Shown: piece after piece, positions 19,944 through 29,389 of the stretch | Numbering within the stretch: the stretch's first letter is position 1 | Layout: each line of letters opens with the position of its first letter | Assembly: GCA_041615815.1 (NCBI GenBank) | Contig: JBFJCP010000010.1 | Coordinates: 52,258 to 116,257, forward strand | Direction: 5' to 3' | Origin: Gemmatimonadales bacterium | GTDB taxonomy: Bacteria > Gemmatimonadota > Gemmatimonadetes > Gemmatimonadales > GWC2-71-9 | DNA: 64,000 bases | Notes under the pieces: model-generated | Seen by the model: only the letters and a program-made list of their open reading frames with translations | Databases searched by the model: none | Told to the model about the DNA's origin: nothing | Program-made: the position numbers and the translations under genes

Positions 19944-21314
19944 TTGGCTATCATGTTTGAGACCCTGTCGGGGAGGCTCACCGCCACCCTGAAGCAGCTC
20001 GCCGGTCGGGGTGTCCTCACTGAGGAGGCCGTGCGGGAGGGGCTTCGGGAGATCCGGCGGGTGCTGCTGGAAGCGGACGTGAGCTTCGAGCTGACCCGTG
20101 GGTTTACCGAGCGGGTGCGGGAAAAGGCCGTCGGGTTGCCGACGCTCAAGGCGGTGAATCCCGGCCAGCAGCTCGTCAAGATTGTGCACGACGAGCTGGT
20201 GGCGTTGCTGGGTGAGAAGCGGGAGCCGCTGGCGTTCGCATCAGTGCCGCCAACGGTCATGCTGTTGGTTGGGCTCCAGGGGTCGGGGAAGACGACGACG
20301 GCGGCCAAACTGGCCGTTCGTCTCAAGCGAGAGCAAAAGGCGCCCTTCCTGGTGGCGGCGGATGTGTATCGACCGGCAGCGGAGGAGCAGCTGCGGCAAC
20401 TGGCTGATCGGGTCGAGGTCGGGGTGTACGGACCGACGGAGCACCGGACGGACGGACAGACGGACGCGAGTGCTGCCGGTAGGCGCGGCGCCCGATCCAC
20501 CGACGTCGTGGAGATGGTGGCGATGGCCATCGAGGAAGCCGGGCATCAGCGGGCCCGAACGGTCATCGTCGACACCGCTGGCCGGCTCCAAATCGACGAC
20601 GAGATGATGGCAGAGCTGGCGCAACTCAAGGAAGCCGTCACGCCGCACGAGATTCTGCTCGTGGCGGACAGCATGACCGGCCAGGATGCGGTCCGGATCG
20701 CCCGGGGCTTCCACGAGAGACTCGGGATCACGGGGGTCGTGCTCACGAAGCTGGACGGTGACGCGCGGGGTGGGGCGGCGCTGTCGATCTACGGGGTGAC
20801 TGGCGCACCCATCAAGTTCGTGGGTGTGGGGGAGGGGCTCGATGCGTTGGAGCCTTTCGATCCGGTCCGAATGGCCGGTCGCATCCTGGAACAGGGCGAC
20901 GTGGTGGGGCTGGTGGAACGGGCGCAGGAGACGATCAAGGCGGAGGATGCCGAGCGTCTCGCTCGCAAGGCCACGTCAAAGCGGGGCATGGATCTCGAAG
21001 ATTTTCTCCAGGCCATGCGCCAGATCGAGCGGATGGGGCCGTTGGAAGGCCTGTTGGGAATGATCCCGGGCGTGAACGCAAAGGCGCTCAAGAAGGCGAA
21101 GGTCGATCCCAAGCGCATGAAGCATGTAGAGGCCATCGTTCTATCGATGACGCCAAAGGAACGTCGACGGCCCGAGCTTTTGAACGGCTCGCGTCGCGCA
21201 CGCATTGCCAAGGGCGCGGGACGGCCAGTGCAGGAAGTGAATCAGTTGATGAAGCAGTTCGATCAGATGCGGAAGATGATGAAGCGTATGGGCAAGGGTG
21301 GAATGCCCTTCTAA
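19944..21314 (+). CDS. ffh: Signal recognition particle protein
   Basis: LLEADV, GLQGSGKTT, DVYRPAA, DTAGR, TKLDGDARGG, SMTPKER, SRRARIAKGAG; likely start ATG 19953. Confidence 0.97.
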   Translation: MAIMFETLSGRLTATLKQLAGRGVLTEEAVREGLREIRRVLLEADVSFELTRGFTERVREKAVGLPTLKAVNPGQQLVKIVHDELVALLGEKREPLAFASVPPTVMLLVGLQGSGKTTTAAKLAVRLKREQKAPFLVAADVYRPAAEEQLRQLADRVEVGVYGPTEHRTDGQTDASAAGRRGARSTDVVEMVAMAIEEAGHQRARTVIVDTAGRLQIDDEMMAELAQLKEAVTPHEILLVADSMTGQDAVRIARGFHERLGITGVVLTKLDGDARGGAALSIYGVTGAPIKFVGVGEGLDALEPFDPVRMAGRILEQGDVVGLVERAQETIKAEDAERLARKATSKRGMDLEDFLQAMRQIERMGPLEGLLGMIPGVNAKALKKAKVDPKRMKHVEAIVLSMTPKERRRPELLNGSRRARIAKGAGRPVQEVNQLMKQFDQMRKMMKRMGKGGMPF

Positions 21315-21412
21315 TTGGTTTCTGTCCCGCTCCTCCCGCCGATCCAACACTCTGGGTGGGGCGGGATAGGCTCGGCAGGCGGGATGGGTCGCAGAGTCAG
21401 GAGACACAATTC

Positions 21413-21673
21413 ATGGCAACCAGAATTCGATTACGTCGTGTGGGCCGGAAGGCTCAACCCGTGTACCGCATCGTCGTGGCTGAAAAAAGCACGGCGAGAG
21501 ACGGTCGTACCATCGACACGCTTGGACACTACAACCCTCGGACGGAACCACCCGTCCTTCAGGTTGATGTCGACAACGCGCGGCGGTGGTTGGACAAGGG
21601 GGCGACGCCGACGGACACCGCCCGCTCACTGCTGAAGAAAGCCGGCGTGTTCGCGACGAGCAGCACGGCGTGA
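21413..21673 (+). CDS. rpsP: 30S ribosomal protein S16
   Basis: IRLRRVGRKAQPVYRIVVA..RDGR..LGHYNP..GATPTDT; AGGAG RBS. Confidence 0.97.
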   Translation: MATRIRLRRVGRKAQPVYRIVVAEKSTARDGRTIDTLGHYNPRTEPPVLQVDVDNARRWLDKGATPTDTARSLLKKAGVFATSSTA

Positions 21674-22203
21674 CCAACGCGGTGGAAGGCGCCTTCCTTG
21701 CCGTGGCGCGCTTCCGAAAGCCGCATGGACTGAAGGGTGAGGCGGTAGTGTGGGTGCTGACCGATCAGCCGGAGGAGGTGTTGGTGGCTGGGCGGGTCTT
21801 GACCCCGGTGGACGATGCGGGGCGCCCCACGGGCCCTCCGCTCACCGTCGAGCGCAGCCGTCCCTATCATCGGCAGTGGCTGGTCAAGTTTGCAGAGATT
21901 GACCACCGGGCCGAGCTCGAACAGTGGGAGCAGCGCCTCTTCGGTGTGCCGCGGGATGATCTGGAAGCGCCAGGCGAAAATGAAGCGTATCTGCACGAGT
22001 TGCCGGGAATGGAAGTCTGGGCTGATGGAAGGGTCGTTGGCGTCGTACGAGAAGTGATCGAGATTCCGGCAGGACAACTGCTTTCGGTGGACGTGGATGG
22101 GCGAGAGGTGCTGGTACCGCTCAGGAAGCCCATTGTGGTCCAGCTCGAGCGGGGGGCCCGGCGCATCACGATCGAGCCACCGGCAGGGTTGTTGGAGTTG
22201 TAA
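21670..22203 (+). CDS. rimM: Ribosome maturation factor RimM
   Basis: KPHGLKGE, YLHELPGMEV, PRC-barrel EVLVPL..GLLEL; synteny. Confidence 0.9.
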   Translation: MTNAVEGAFLAVARFRKPHGLKGEAVVWVLTDQPEEVLVAGRVLTPVDDAGRPTGPPLTVERSRPYHRQWLVKFAEIDHRAELEQWEQRLFGVPRDDLEAPGENEAYLHELPGMEVWADGRVVGVVREVIEIPAGQLLSVDVDGREVLVPLRKPIVVQLERGARRITIEPPAGLLEL

Positions 22204-22305
22204 GGGGGCTTCGACCGGGAGCGTCTGCGTCTTTTGCCTCCGCTGATTCTGCTACCGCTCGTTCGGCGGCCGCGGATGGTAGGAGAGGCAGAGGAGGCAG
22301 AGCCA

Positions 22306-23016
22306 ATGCTTCACATGAACGTGGTGACGCTGTTCCCCGAGATCTTTCGGGTGCCGCTGACCACGAGCATCCTCGGCCGGGCGGCAGACGCCGGCTTGTT
22401 TACGAGCAGGATCGTCGCGCTGCGGGACTACACGCACGACCGGCACCAGGTCGTGGACGATTATCCCTACGGTGGTGGGGCGGGGATGGTGCTCAAGCCG
22501 GAGCCGTTTTTCGAGGCATTGGACGATCTCGGCGCGCAGCCGCCTATTGTCCTGCTGTCGGCACGGGGTCGGCCCTTCACCCATGCGGACGCGGTGCGGT
22601 ACAGCGTGGCGGGTACCGTGACGCTGCTCTGCGGTCATTACAAGGATGTGGACGCACGGGTGGCGAGCAGGCCGGGCACCGAGGAAGTGTCGTTGGGGGA
22701 TTTCGTGCTGAGCGGGGGTGAGTTCGGCGCGTTGTGTGTGATCGATGCGGTGGTGCGGCTCCTCCCTGGCGCGCTCGGTGATCACGACTCGGCGGCCACG
22801 GACTCGTTTTATGATGGACTGTTGAGCCCGCCAACGTATACGCGGCCGGCGGAGTATCGCGGGATGCGGGTTCCGGACGTATTGTTGCAGGGGGATCACG
22901 CCAAGATCCGGGCCTGGCGTCGGGCCCAGGCGGAGGCGCTGACGCAAGAGCGGCGTCCCGATTTGTGGGAGCGGTATCGGGCAGAACGAGGGTCCCCTGA
23001 GGACCCGGCGAATTGA
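22306..23016 (+). CDS. trmD: tRNA (guanine-N1)-methyltransferase
   Basis: TLFPE, VDDYPYGGGAGMVLKPEP, SLGDFVLSGGE, YTRP, VPDVLL.GDH. Confidence 0.96.
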   Translation: MLHMNVVTLFPEIFRVPLTTSILGRAADAGLFTSRIVALRDYTHDRHQVVDDYPYGGGAGMVLKPEPFFEALDDLGAQPPIVLLSARGRPFTHADAVRYSVAGTVTLLCGHYKDVDARVASRPGTEEVSLGDFVLSGGEFGALCVIDAVVRLLPGALGDHDSAATDSFYDGLLSPPTYTRPAEYRGMRVPDVLLQGDHAKIRAWRRAQAEALTQERRPDLWERYRAERGSPEDPAN

Positions 23017-23025
23017 GGAATCACC

Positions 23026-23373
23026 ATGAATCGCTTAGAGGAAGTCCAGCGCCAAGGATTGCGCACCGACGTCCCGGATTTCGGCCCGGGAGACACTCTG
23101 CGTGTGGCGGTACGCGTACGCGAGGGCGACAAGGAACGGATTCAGGTTTTCGAAGGTGTCTGTATCGGCCGCCGCGGGGGCGGCATCAGCGAGACCTTCA
23201 CTGTGCGGAAGATCTCCGGCGGTGTGGGCGTGGAGCGGATTTTCCCGCTTCACTCACCCAGTCTGGCCGAGATCGACGTGGTGCGGCGGGGCCGCGTCCG
23301 TCGGGCAAAGTTGTATTATTTGCGACAACTCGTCGGGAAGGCCACGCGGATTCGAGAGAAGCAAGAGTATTAA
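23026..23373 (+). CDS. rplS: 50S ribosomal protein L19
   Basis: [37 protein letters not shown]. Confidence 0.98.
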   Translation: MNRLEEVQRQGLRTDVPDFGPGDTLRVAVRVREGDKERIQVFEGVCIGRRGGGISETFTVRKISGGVGVERIFPLHSPSLAEIDVVRRGRVRRAKLYYLRQLVGKATRIREKQEY

Positions 23374-23997
23374 GTGCAGCGCCCCACCCTCAGCCGCGAG
23401 CGGGCGCTCTGGGCGAAGGGGTATCATGGCGTCGCCGGTCTGGATGAAGTTGGTCGGGGGCCGTTAGCGGGCCCCGTGGTGGCGGCGGCCGTTGTGTTTC
23501 CGCCGGGTGTGCGACGCCTCGGTATCAAAGAACTCCGAGATTCGAAGCTGTTGACGGCGGCCCAGCGTGCGCGGGCCGCCGTTCTCATTCGGCAGCGCGC
23601 AGCGCTGTGGAGTGTGGCTGCTGCCTCGGTGCGAGAGATCGATCGGTACAACATTCGCCGCGCGAGCGCGCTGGCCATGCGCCGTGCGCTGCTGCGCCTC
23701 GACCCGATGCCAGATTACGTGCTCATCGACGGACCCGAGCTGCCCGAACTCGGCACGTCACACGAGGGACTGTTGCAGGGCGACCGGCGGTGTGCGTCGA
23801 TTGCGGCTGCGTCCATTCTCGCCAAATGCGTTCGCGATCACTTGATGGAACGGTTGGCGGGTCATTATCCGCAGTTTCGCTGGGAAAGTAACAAAGGGTA
23901 TGCGACTCGAGAACATCTCGACGTGCTCGATCACGACGGACCCACCCCTCACCACCGCACCTCGTTTACGCCGGTCGTCCAACTCAGCTTGCTATGA
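23374..23997 (+). CDS. rnhB: Ribonuclease HII
   Basis: GLDEVGRGPLAGPVVAAAV, DSKLL, IAAASILAK, NKGY, HRTSF. Confidence 0.95.
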   Translation: MQRPTLSRERALWAKGYHGVAGLDEVGRGPLAGPVVAAAVVFPPGVRRLGIKELRDSKLLTAAQRARAAVLIRQRAALWSVAAASVREIDRYNIRRASALAMRRALLRLDPMPDYVLIDGPELPELGTSHEGLLQGDRRCASIAAASILAKCVRDHLMERLAGHYPQFRWESNKGYATREHLDVLDHDGPTPHHRTSFTPVVQLSLL

Positions 23998-25011
23998 CGG
24001 CTTTGCCAGATCCGATGCCCTTGTCCGCATCCGCTCTGCCCGCCCCGCCGAACCCAACCGCTCGAACGCCGCCGCCGCCGCCTCATACGCAGCCTGCGCC
24101 TCCCGCGCCCGCCCGCGAGCGCCCAAGACAAGTGCGAGATCCCGTTGAAGCTCGGCCTCGGCCCACGGGTGTTCCAACCGGCGGGCAATGGCCAGACCAT
24201 CTTCACCGGCATTCATCGCTCGATCGAGGTTGCCAGAGAGGCGCTCGACACCAGTCAGGATTCTGAGCGCGTCCGCCTCCGCCAAAGGGTCCGCGTATTC
24301 CCGCGACAGGTCGAGAGCCCGACCCACTTGCGCGCGCGCGAGATCGACGTCCCCCAAGGTCAGCGACGTCTCGGCGCGGGCCGCCAACGCCTGTGCCAAC
24401 AGCCGCCCGTTACCGGCCCGTTCCGCTGCAGCGATGGCACGATCCGCCGCGTCGCGGGATTGGTCCACGTTGGCATCGTCCCGCCAGACGATCGCGGAAT
24501 TCAGCCACGCTTCGGCCATGCCCTGCCACGATCCCGCATTTTCGAAGCTGGCGGTCGCGAGACGGTAGAACCCAAGCGCCCGCGCGTGGTCGCCCAGATA
24601 GTAGGCTACGTTCCCGAGGTTGTTGGCGCACCGCGCGGTGGTAAACTCGTCGCCTAAGTGATGGGCCAAGCCGAGCGCTCGCTGAAAGCCCTGCTCAGCG
24701 TCGGCGAGCTGTCCCAGTGCAAAAGCACCCGCCGCCGCGGTGTTCTCTGCACGCGTCTCGCCGTCCACGTCTCCCCGCCCGCGAAATCCATCCCGCGCCT
24801 GAAGCGCGGTCGCGCGACAGCGAGCGAACTCTCCCAATCGGAAGTGGGTCACGGCGGCAAGCAGGAGCCAATCCGGCGTCTGGCGGACGGTCTCCGCCAA
24901 CCTGTTCAGCGCGTTCCACGCTTGCTGGAATTGGCCCGCCTGCATGGCTGCCCGCGCGCTACGCAGAGGATCGTTGGGGACCGAGCTTCCTGTTGGGATC
25001 GAGGAGTTCAT
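23992..25011 (-). CDS. Tetratricopeptide repeat protein
   Basis: Ala-rich helical repeats (NNLGNVAYYLGD..AL..Y); overlaps the bEBP stop. Confidence 0.8.
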   Translation of the reverse strand: MNSSIPTGSSVPNDPLRSARAAMQAGQFQQAWNALNRLAETVRQTPDWLLLAAVTHFRLGEFARCRATALQARDGFRGRGDVDGETRAENTAAAGAFALGQLADAEQGFQRALGLAHHLGDEFTTARCANNLGNVAYYLGDHARALGFYRLATASFENAGSWQGMAEAWLNSAIVWRDDANVDQSRDAADRAIAAAERAGNGRLLAQALAARAETSLTLGDVDLARAQVGRALDLSREYADPLAEADALRILTGVERLSGNLDRAMNAGEDGLAIARRLEHPWAEAELQRDLALVLGARGRAREAQAAYEAAAAAFERLGSAGRAERMRTRASDLAKPS

Positions 25012-26339
25012 GATTCGTCCTCCGCGAGTCCCAGGAGCCGCGCCAGTCGGGCCCGAGAAATATTCAGCTGCCGGGCCGCCGCACTCTTGTTTCCATCGTT
25101 CAGCTCGAGCGCCACACGGGCTGCCGCAGCCATCACTTCATCCAACGTAGCGGGGAACGGGATGGCGCCATCCACCGCTACCGGGGCAGTGCGGCGTCCC
25201 TGCGCGAAGTGCTTTGGATCGAGGTTGCCGGGTGGAGACAGGAGGAGCGCGCGCTCGATCGCATGCCGCAGCTCGCGAACGTTTCCCGGCCACGAATGGC
25301 TACGGAGTGCGTCGCGGACCTCCGCGGTCAGCTTCGGTACCGGTAGCCCATACCGCTCGGCGAGTTGGCCGGCGAACGCTTGGGCGAGAACCTCGACGTC
25401 GTCGCCGCGGTCCCTCAGTGGCGGCAACGTCAATGTGATGACGTTCAAGCGATAGAAGAGGTCTTCGCGGAACTCACCGCGCTGAACCGCGTCCACGAGT
25501 CTGACATGGGACGCTGCGATGATCCGAACGTCGACCGCGCGGCTCTGCGTGGCCCCCACCCGTCGGATGCGCCGCTCTTCGAGCGCCCGCAGCAGCTTGC
25601 CTTGAAGCGGCAGTGGGAGGTGTCCCACTTCGTCGAGGAAGAGCGTTCCGCCGTGTGCCTCTTCGAAAAGGCCTGGCTTGGCCGCGTGCGCGTCGGTGAA
25701 GGCTCCCCGCTCGTGTCCGAACAGCTCGCTTTCCATGAGCTCGCTGGGGATCGCCGCACAGTTGACGGCCACGAAGGGCCCCGCGGCCTTCGGGCTCGAA
25801 ACGTGGAGCGCGCGAGCCAAGAGCTCTTTCCCGGTCCCGGTTTCGCCCTGGAGCAGGACCGTCACGCCGGCGTGCTTGGCGATCCGAGCGGCCTGATCCA
25901 GCGTCTCGCGGAGTGCTTCGCTCCGACCCAAGAGCTCGCCGAAGGCCTCCTCGACCTCGGGTGACGTGGCGACGGAGGCTGCCCGCCCGCGTCTCGCCTC
26001 AGTCCGCGCCGAAAGCGTTCGTCGCAGCAGATTGAGGTCGTCGGGTAGGGCGAAGTAATCGGCCGCGCCCCGACGGATGGCTTCGACGGCAAAGCGATGG
26101 GAGGTTTGGGCCCCCACGAGATAGACCGGAACCCCGTCTTTGCGATGCAGCGAGGGCATCAGATCGAGCGCGCGATCTTCCTCCCCGCCCGCGGCCAGCA
26201 GGACCGCCACCGATTCGAGCGCTGGTGTATCGTCCGCCGCCACGATCGCGAGCTCGACTTCGAGCTCTTGCGCGAGGTCGTACCACGCGGTCCGGAAGGA
26301 ATCGGAGAGTTGGATCACGGTCAGAGCGGGGTTGGACAC
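25008..26339 (-). CDS. Sigma-54-dependent enhancer-binding protein (Fis HTH) with degenerate receiver-like domain
   Basis: GETGTGKE, ESELFGHERGAFTDA, GTLFLDEV, FREDLFYRL, WPGNVREL, GNKSAAARQL. Confidence 0.92.
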   Translation of the reverse strand: MSNPALTVIQLSDSFRTAWYDLAQELEVELAIVAADDTPALESVAVLLAAGGEEDRALDLMPSLHRKDGVPVYLVGAQTSHRFAVEAIRRGAADYFALPDDLNLLRRTLSARTEARRGRAASVATSPEVEEAFGELLGRSEALRETLDQAARIAKHAGVTVLLQGETGTGKELLARALHVSSPKAAGPFVAVNCAAIPSELMESELFGHERGAFTDAHAAKPGLFEEAHGGTLFLDEVGHLPLPLQGKLLRALEERRIRRVGATQSRAVDVRIIAASHVRLVDAVQRGEFREDLFYRLNVITLTLPPLRDRGDDVEVLAQAFAGQLAERYGLPVPKLTAEVRDALRSHSWPGNVRELRHAIERALLLSPPGNLDPKHFAQGRRTAPVAVDGAIPFPATLDEVMAAAARVALELNDGNKSAAARQLNISRARLARLLGLAEDES

Positions 26340-26343
26340 CGGA

Positions 26344-27099
26344 TCAGCCGTCGCTGCTGTCGCCGTCCTCGTCGCGGTCCTCGAACGCCTCGAAGGAGGC
26401 GATGATGTTGTCCCGCACGAGGTTTTCGTTGGCGCCGCCTTTGTTGGCGGTGGCAGGATCCACGAGCGTGCCGTCCGCCTGGCGAAACCAGGCATCGAGA
26501 TTCACGAAGACGGTCACGTTGGTGACGGTGGTCTCCGTGATCGTGAGCGCCGGGATCAGGGCGAGCACTTGATCCGCATTCAAGTCGGACTCGAACACGA
26601 ACGGCGTTCCGTTGTACGTGCCCTCCACCCGGATGCTGACGTCCACAAACGTCGGGTTCTGCTGAATGAACTCGAGATCCTGCGGGTCGTCATCGTCCGG
26701 CTTGTGCACCTTGAACTCGACCTCATCGTATATGCCTGGCGGCAGCTCGGCGGAGAATTCCCGCTGCACGCCCGGTTGCAGAGGGAGGTCGATCAGGACC
26801 GGACCGAACTCGATCTCCTCACAGCCCGTGGTTTGCGTTTGACACGCGTTTTCGTCGCGCTCGAACTCGATCTCTCGGAGGACGAGACGGGCCCGTGTGA
26901 GGATCAGGGTATCGGATCCACTCGTGATTGTATCATCCAGGGCTCTGGCCCGAGAGGCCGCCACAGCGGGCGAAAGGAGTGTGGGCCGCTGGGTGGACAC
27001 GGACACGGCCACATTGCCGGCCATCTGAGTCCCAGTGCTGTCTCCGCACGCGAATCCGACACCGACGGCGGTCAGAATCAGCCAGGGAGCAAGTCGCAT
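26344..27099 (-). CDS. Hypothetical lipoprotein (paralogue of 27182-27946)
   Basis: Lipobox GFAC; GPVLIDLPL; acidic C-terminus FEDRDEDGD. Confidence 0.75.
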   Translation of the reverse strand: MRLAPWLILTAVGVGFACGDSTGTQMAGNVAVSVSTQRPTLLSPAVAASRARALDDTITSGSDTLILTRARLVLREIEFERDENACQTQTTGCEEIEFGPVLIDLPLQPGVQREFSAELPPGIYDEVEFKVHKPDDDDPQDLEFIQQNPTFVDVSIRVEGTYNGTPFVFESDLNADQVLALIPALTITETTVTNVTVFVNLDAWFRQADGTLVDPATANKGGANENLVRDNIIASFEAFEDRDEDGDSSDG

Positions 27100-27181
27100 C
27101 CTTACCGTCCTTCCATGACGTGTGCGGCCGCGAGGGGCGGCCGGGGACCGGGCGCAGGGCGCCGGCCCGGTCCCGATAAAT

Positions 27182-27946
27182 CTAGCCTTCGTCCCCGTCG
27201 TCCCCGTCCCGGTCGCGATCCTCGAACGCCTCGATGTTCTGCTTGATGTTCTCAGTGATGAGGCTCTCGTTCTCGCCGCCTTTGTTCCCGGTGGCGGGAT
27301 CGACCAGGGCCCCCGAGAGGTCCCGGAACCATTGGGACAGATCGAGCCGAACGGTGACATTCGTCGTCACCGCGGCGTCGCCGATCACGAGCGGCGGAAT
27401 CAGGTCGAATTCCTGCTCGACGTTGAGATCCGTCCTGAAGACGAACGGCTCCCCGTTGAAAGTCCCCTGGACCCGAATGCTGGCGTCGACCATATCAGGG
27501 TGGGCGGCCCGAAACGCCGCATCCTCAGGGTCATCGCTGCTCACTTTATGTAGATCGAACTCCAGTTCGTCGTAGGAACCGGGGTCGATGGGGATGGTGA
27601 CCATCACCGCGGTGCCGCCGTCCAGCGGCAGGTCCACGAGCACCGGTCCAGTCTCGAACTCTTCGCAGGCGTCGTCGTCCAGGACGTCGTCACAGTCGCT
27701 GACCTCGACACGCTTCAGTTCGATTTCTCGAAGCACGACTTCGGCGGCGGTGATGACGAGATCGTTCTGGCCGTCGCTGATCGTGAAGTCGGCGGCCCGA
27801 AAGGCTGGCCCCGACGCGACCGCTCCGCCGGATTGGGTCGTGAACGACAAAGATACCTGGGCTCCGTCGGGACCCGCGCCGTCACTACAGGCGGCGATGG
27901 CGATCGCGCCGAGGGCATAGGCGAGTATTCGGGGTGTGCGCTTCAT
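27182..27946 (-). CDS. Hypothetical lipoprotein (paralogue of 26344-27099)
   Basis: Lipobox IAAC; GPVLVDLPL; C-terminus FEDRDRDGD; GGGAGG RBS. Confidence 0.75.
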   Translation of the reverse strand: MKRTPRILAYALGAIAIAACSDGAGPDGAQVSLSFTTQSGGAVASGPAFRAADFTISDGQNDLVITAAEVVLREIELKRVEVSDCDDVLDDDACEEFETGPVLVDLPLDGGTAVMVTIPIDPGSYDELEFDLHKVSSDDPEDAAFRAAHPDMVDASIRVQGTFNGEPFVFRTDLNVEQEFDLIPPLVIGDAAVTTNVTVRLDLSQWFRDLSGALVDPATGNKGGENESLITENIKQNIEAFEDRDRDGDDGDEG

Positions 27947-28011
27947 GAGTGTTGTCCCTCCCAAGACGTTCTTGCGTGTGTTGTTCCACTCGTGTCTTCG
28001 CCCCCTGAAAA

Positions 28012-28028
28012 GGCAAGCGGAATGCCAG
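28012..28028 (-). promoter_or_regulatory. Sigma-54 (-24/-12) promoter
   Basis: Minus strand CTGGCATTCCGCTTGCC = TGGCA-N6-TTGC with exact GG-N10-GC spacing, about 65 nt upstream of the 27946 start. Confidence 0.75.
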
Positions 28029-28158
28029 ACGCGAGCCCGGGAAGGACTTGCGGTTAAGTGATTACGGTTCTTGGGCTTCTGAGTGCATCCGTGAAACGGT
28101 GTGAGCGGGTGCCTGCATTGAAACGTGGCGGGGTGTGCTGTTTCGGATCGCCTTGCTT

Positions 28159-28184
28159 GGGGGCCGGCGAGCGCGCCGGCCCCC
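28159..28184. terminator. GC-rich hairpin downstream of the SWIB gene
   Basis: GGGGGCCGGCG-AGCG-CGCCGGCCCCC (11-bp stem); no clear U-tract. Confidence 0.4.
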
Positions 28185-28242
28185 CGAGATGCAGGGCTGG
28201 ACTGCGAGTTTACAGCAAGGTCTAGCTACGGTTCGAGCAACG

Positions 28243-28650
28243 TTACTTCACGTGCTTGTTCACCAGCTTCGTCATCTCGAACATGCTGACTTTGGTCTTC
28301 CCGCCGAACACCGGGCGCAGATTCGCATCCGCGTTGATCATGCGGCGGTTCTTCGAATCCTGCAAACCGTTCCGTTTGATATACGCCCACAGCTTCTTGG
28401 TGATTTCCGTGCGCGGCATCGGTTTGTTGCCGACGACGGCGGCGAGGTGGGAGTCCGGTTGCACCGGTTTCATGAAAGCCGGATTCGGTTTGCGCTTCGT
28501 CTTGGTCTTCTTCTTGGCGGTCACTCTTCGTCGCGCCCCCTTTCGCTTGGCGGTTTTCCTCTTCTTCGCCCGGCGTGCGGGCTTCCGCGCGGTCCTTCGC
28601 TTCTTCGTCGCGCGGCGTTTGGTTGCCTTCTTCTTGCGTTTCGCTCCCAT
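28243..28650 (-). CDS. SWIB/MDM2-domain protein with Lys/Arg-rich histone-H1-like N-terminus
   Basis: GAGGTG RBS; about 52-aa K/R/A/T tract then PNPAFMKP..LAAVVG..MPRTEITKKLWAYIK..LQD..NRRMINAD..VSMFEMTK. Confidence 0.9.
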   Translation of the reverse strand: MGAKRKKKATKRRATKKRRTARKPARRAKKRKTAKRKGARRRVTAKKKTKTKRKPNPAFMKPVQPDSHLAAVVGNKPMPRTEITKKLWAYIKRNGLQDSKNRRMINADANLRPVFGGKTKVSMFEMTKLVNKHVK

Positions 28651-28856
28651 TTGCACCTCGGAAATGGGTGGTGAACCTGTGACAACCAGCCACTGCACGT
28701 TCCACAAAGTAAGGCTTTCTCCCGGGAGAACAAGCTTTTTCCCCTCTGAAAACGGGGTGATTTCGGAGGGAAAATCGACGGTTTGCGCCTCCAACCCGTC
28801 CGACCGGTCACTCCACAGGTGTCGCGGGGTCGGTGGACTCTATGGAATTGGTGTGT

Positions 28857-29381
28857 CTACGACGCTTCCTTTTTCTCGAAAAAGACGATGGCGGACGCGC
28901 TCCCTGGGGGGGGGTCCACACGCCGGAGCTGCTCGTAGCCGGCCAGTGTGATGAAACGAATGCCCGGCTCATGGTGGGCGACGATGGCGGTGTGAAATCG
29001 GGTGGCCCCCTGCGAGTGGGCCCACGCTTCGTACGCCGTGAGCGAAGCGCGGCCCAGGCCTTTTCCACGGTGAGCCGGGTCCAGGAGCAGCATCCCCATG
29101 GTCCACGTACCGGCGTCGGGCCAGTCGGTCAGGGCGTCCAGCACACCCACCAACGCGTCATTCCCAGTGAATATCCCGATGGTCCGCTTGTCAGTTACCT
29201 GCTTACTGGGTGGACCGGCCACGTAGGCGCGGGCCGCCTCGTCGGCGGCGGGAGGTTGCCCAGTGGCAACCTCGAAATAATCGGTGGCCCGCTCGAACAG
29301 CGCTTGGAGGGAGCGGAGATCCGGCGGTCGGAGCAGTCTCGTGTGATAGCCGCCGCCTGGTCCCAGGGTCTCGAGCTGCAC
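28857..29381 (-). CDS. GNAT family N-acetyltransferase
   Basis: LLLDPAHRGKGLG acetyl-CoA motif; start set at GTG 29381. Confidence 0.8.
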   Translation of the reverse strand: MQLETLGPGGGYHTRLLRPPDLRSLQALFERATDYFEVATGQPPAADEAARAYVAGPPSKQVTDKRTIGIFTGNDALVGVLDALTDWPDAGTWTMGMLLLDPAHRGKGLGRASLTAYEAWAHSQGATRFHTAIVAHHEPGIRFITLAGYEQLRRVDPPPGSASAIVFFEKKEAS

Positions 29382-29389
29382 CCGATCGT

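Noticed and set aside
28256..28951. 231-aa Phe/Arg-rich plus-strand ORF
   Set aside because: Antisense shadow of the Lys-rich SWIB gene
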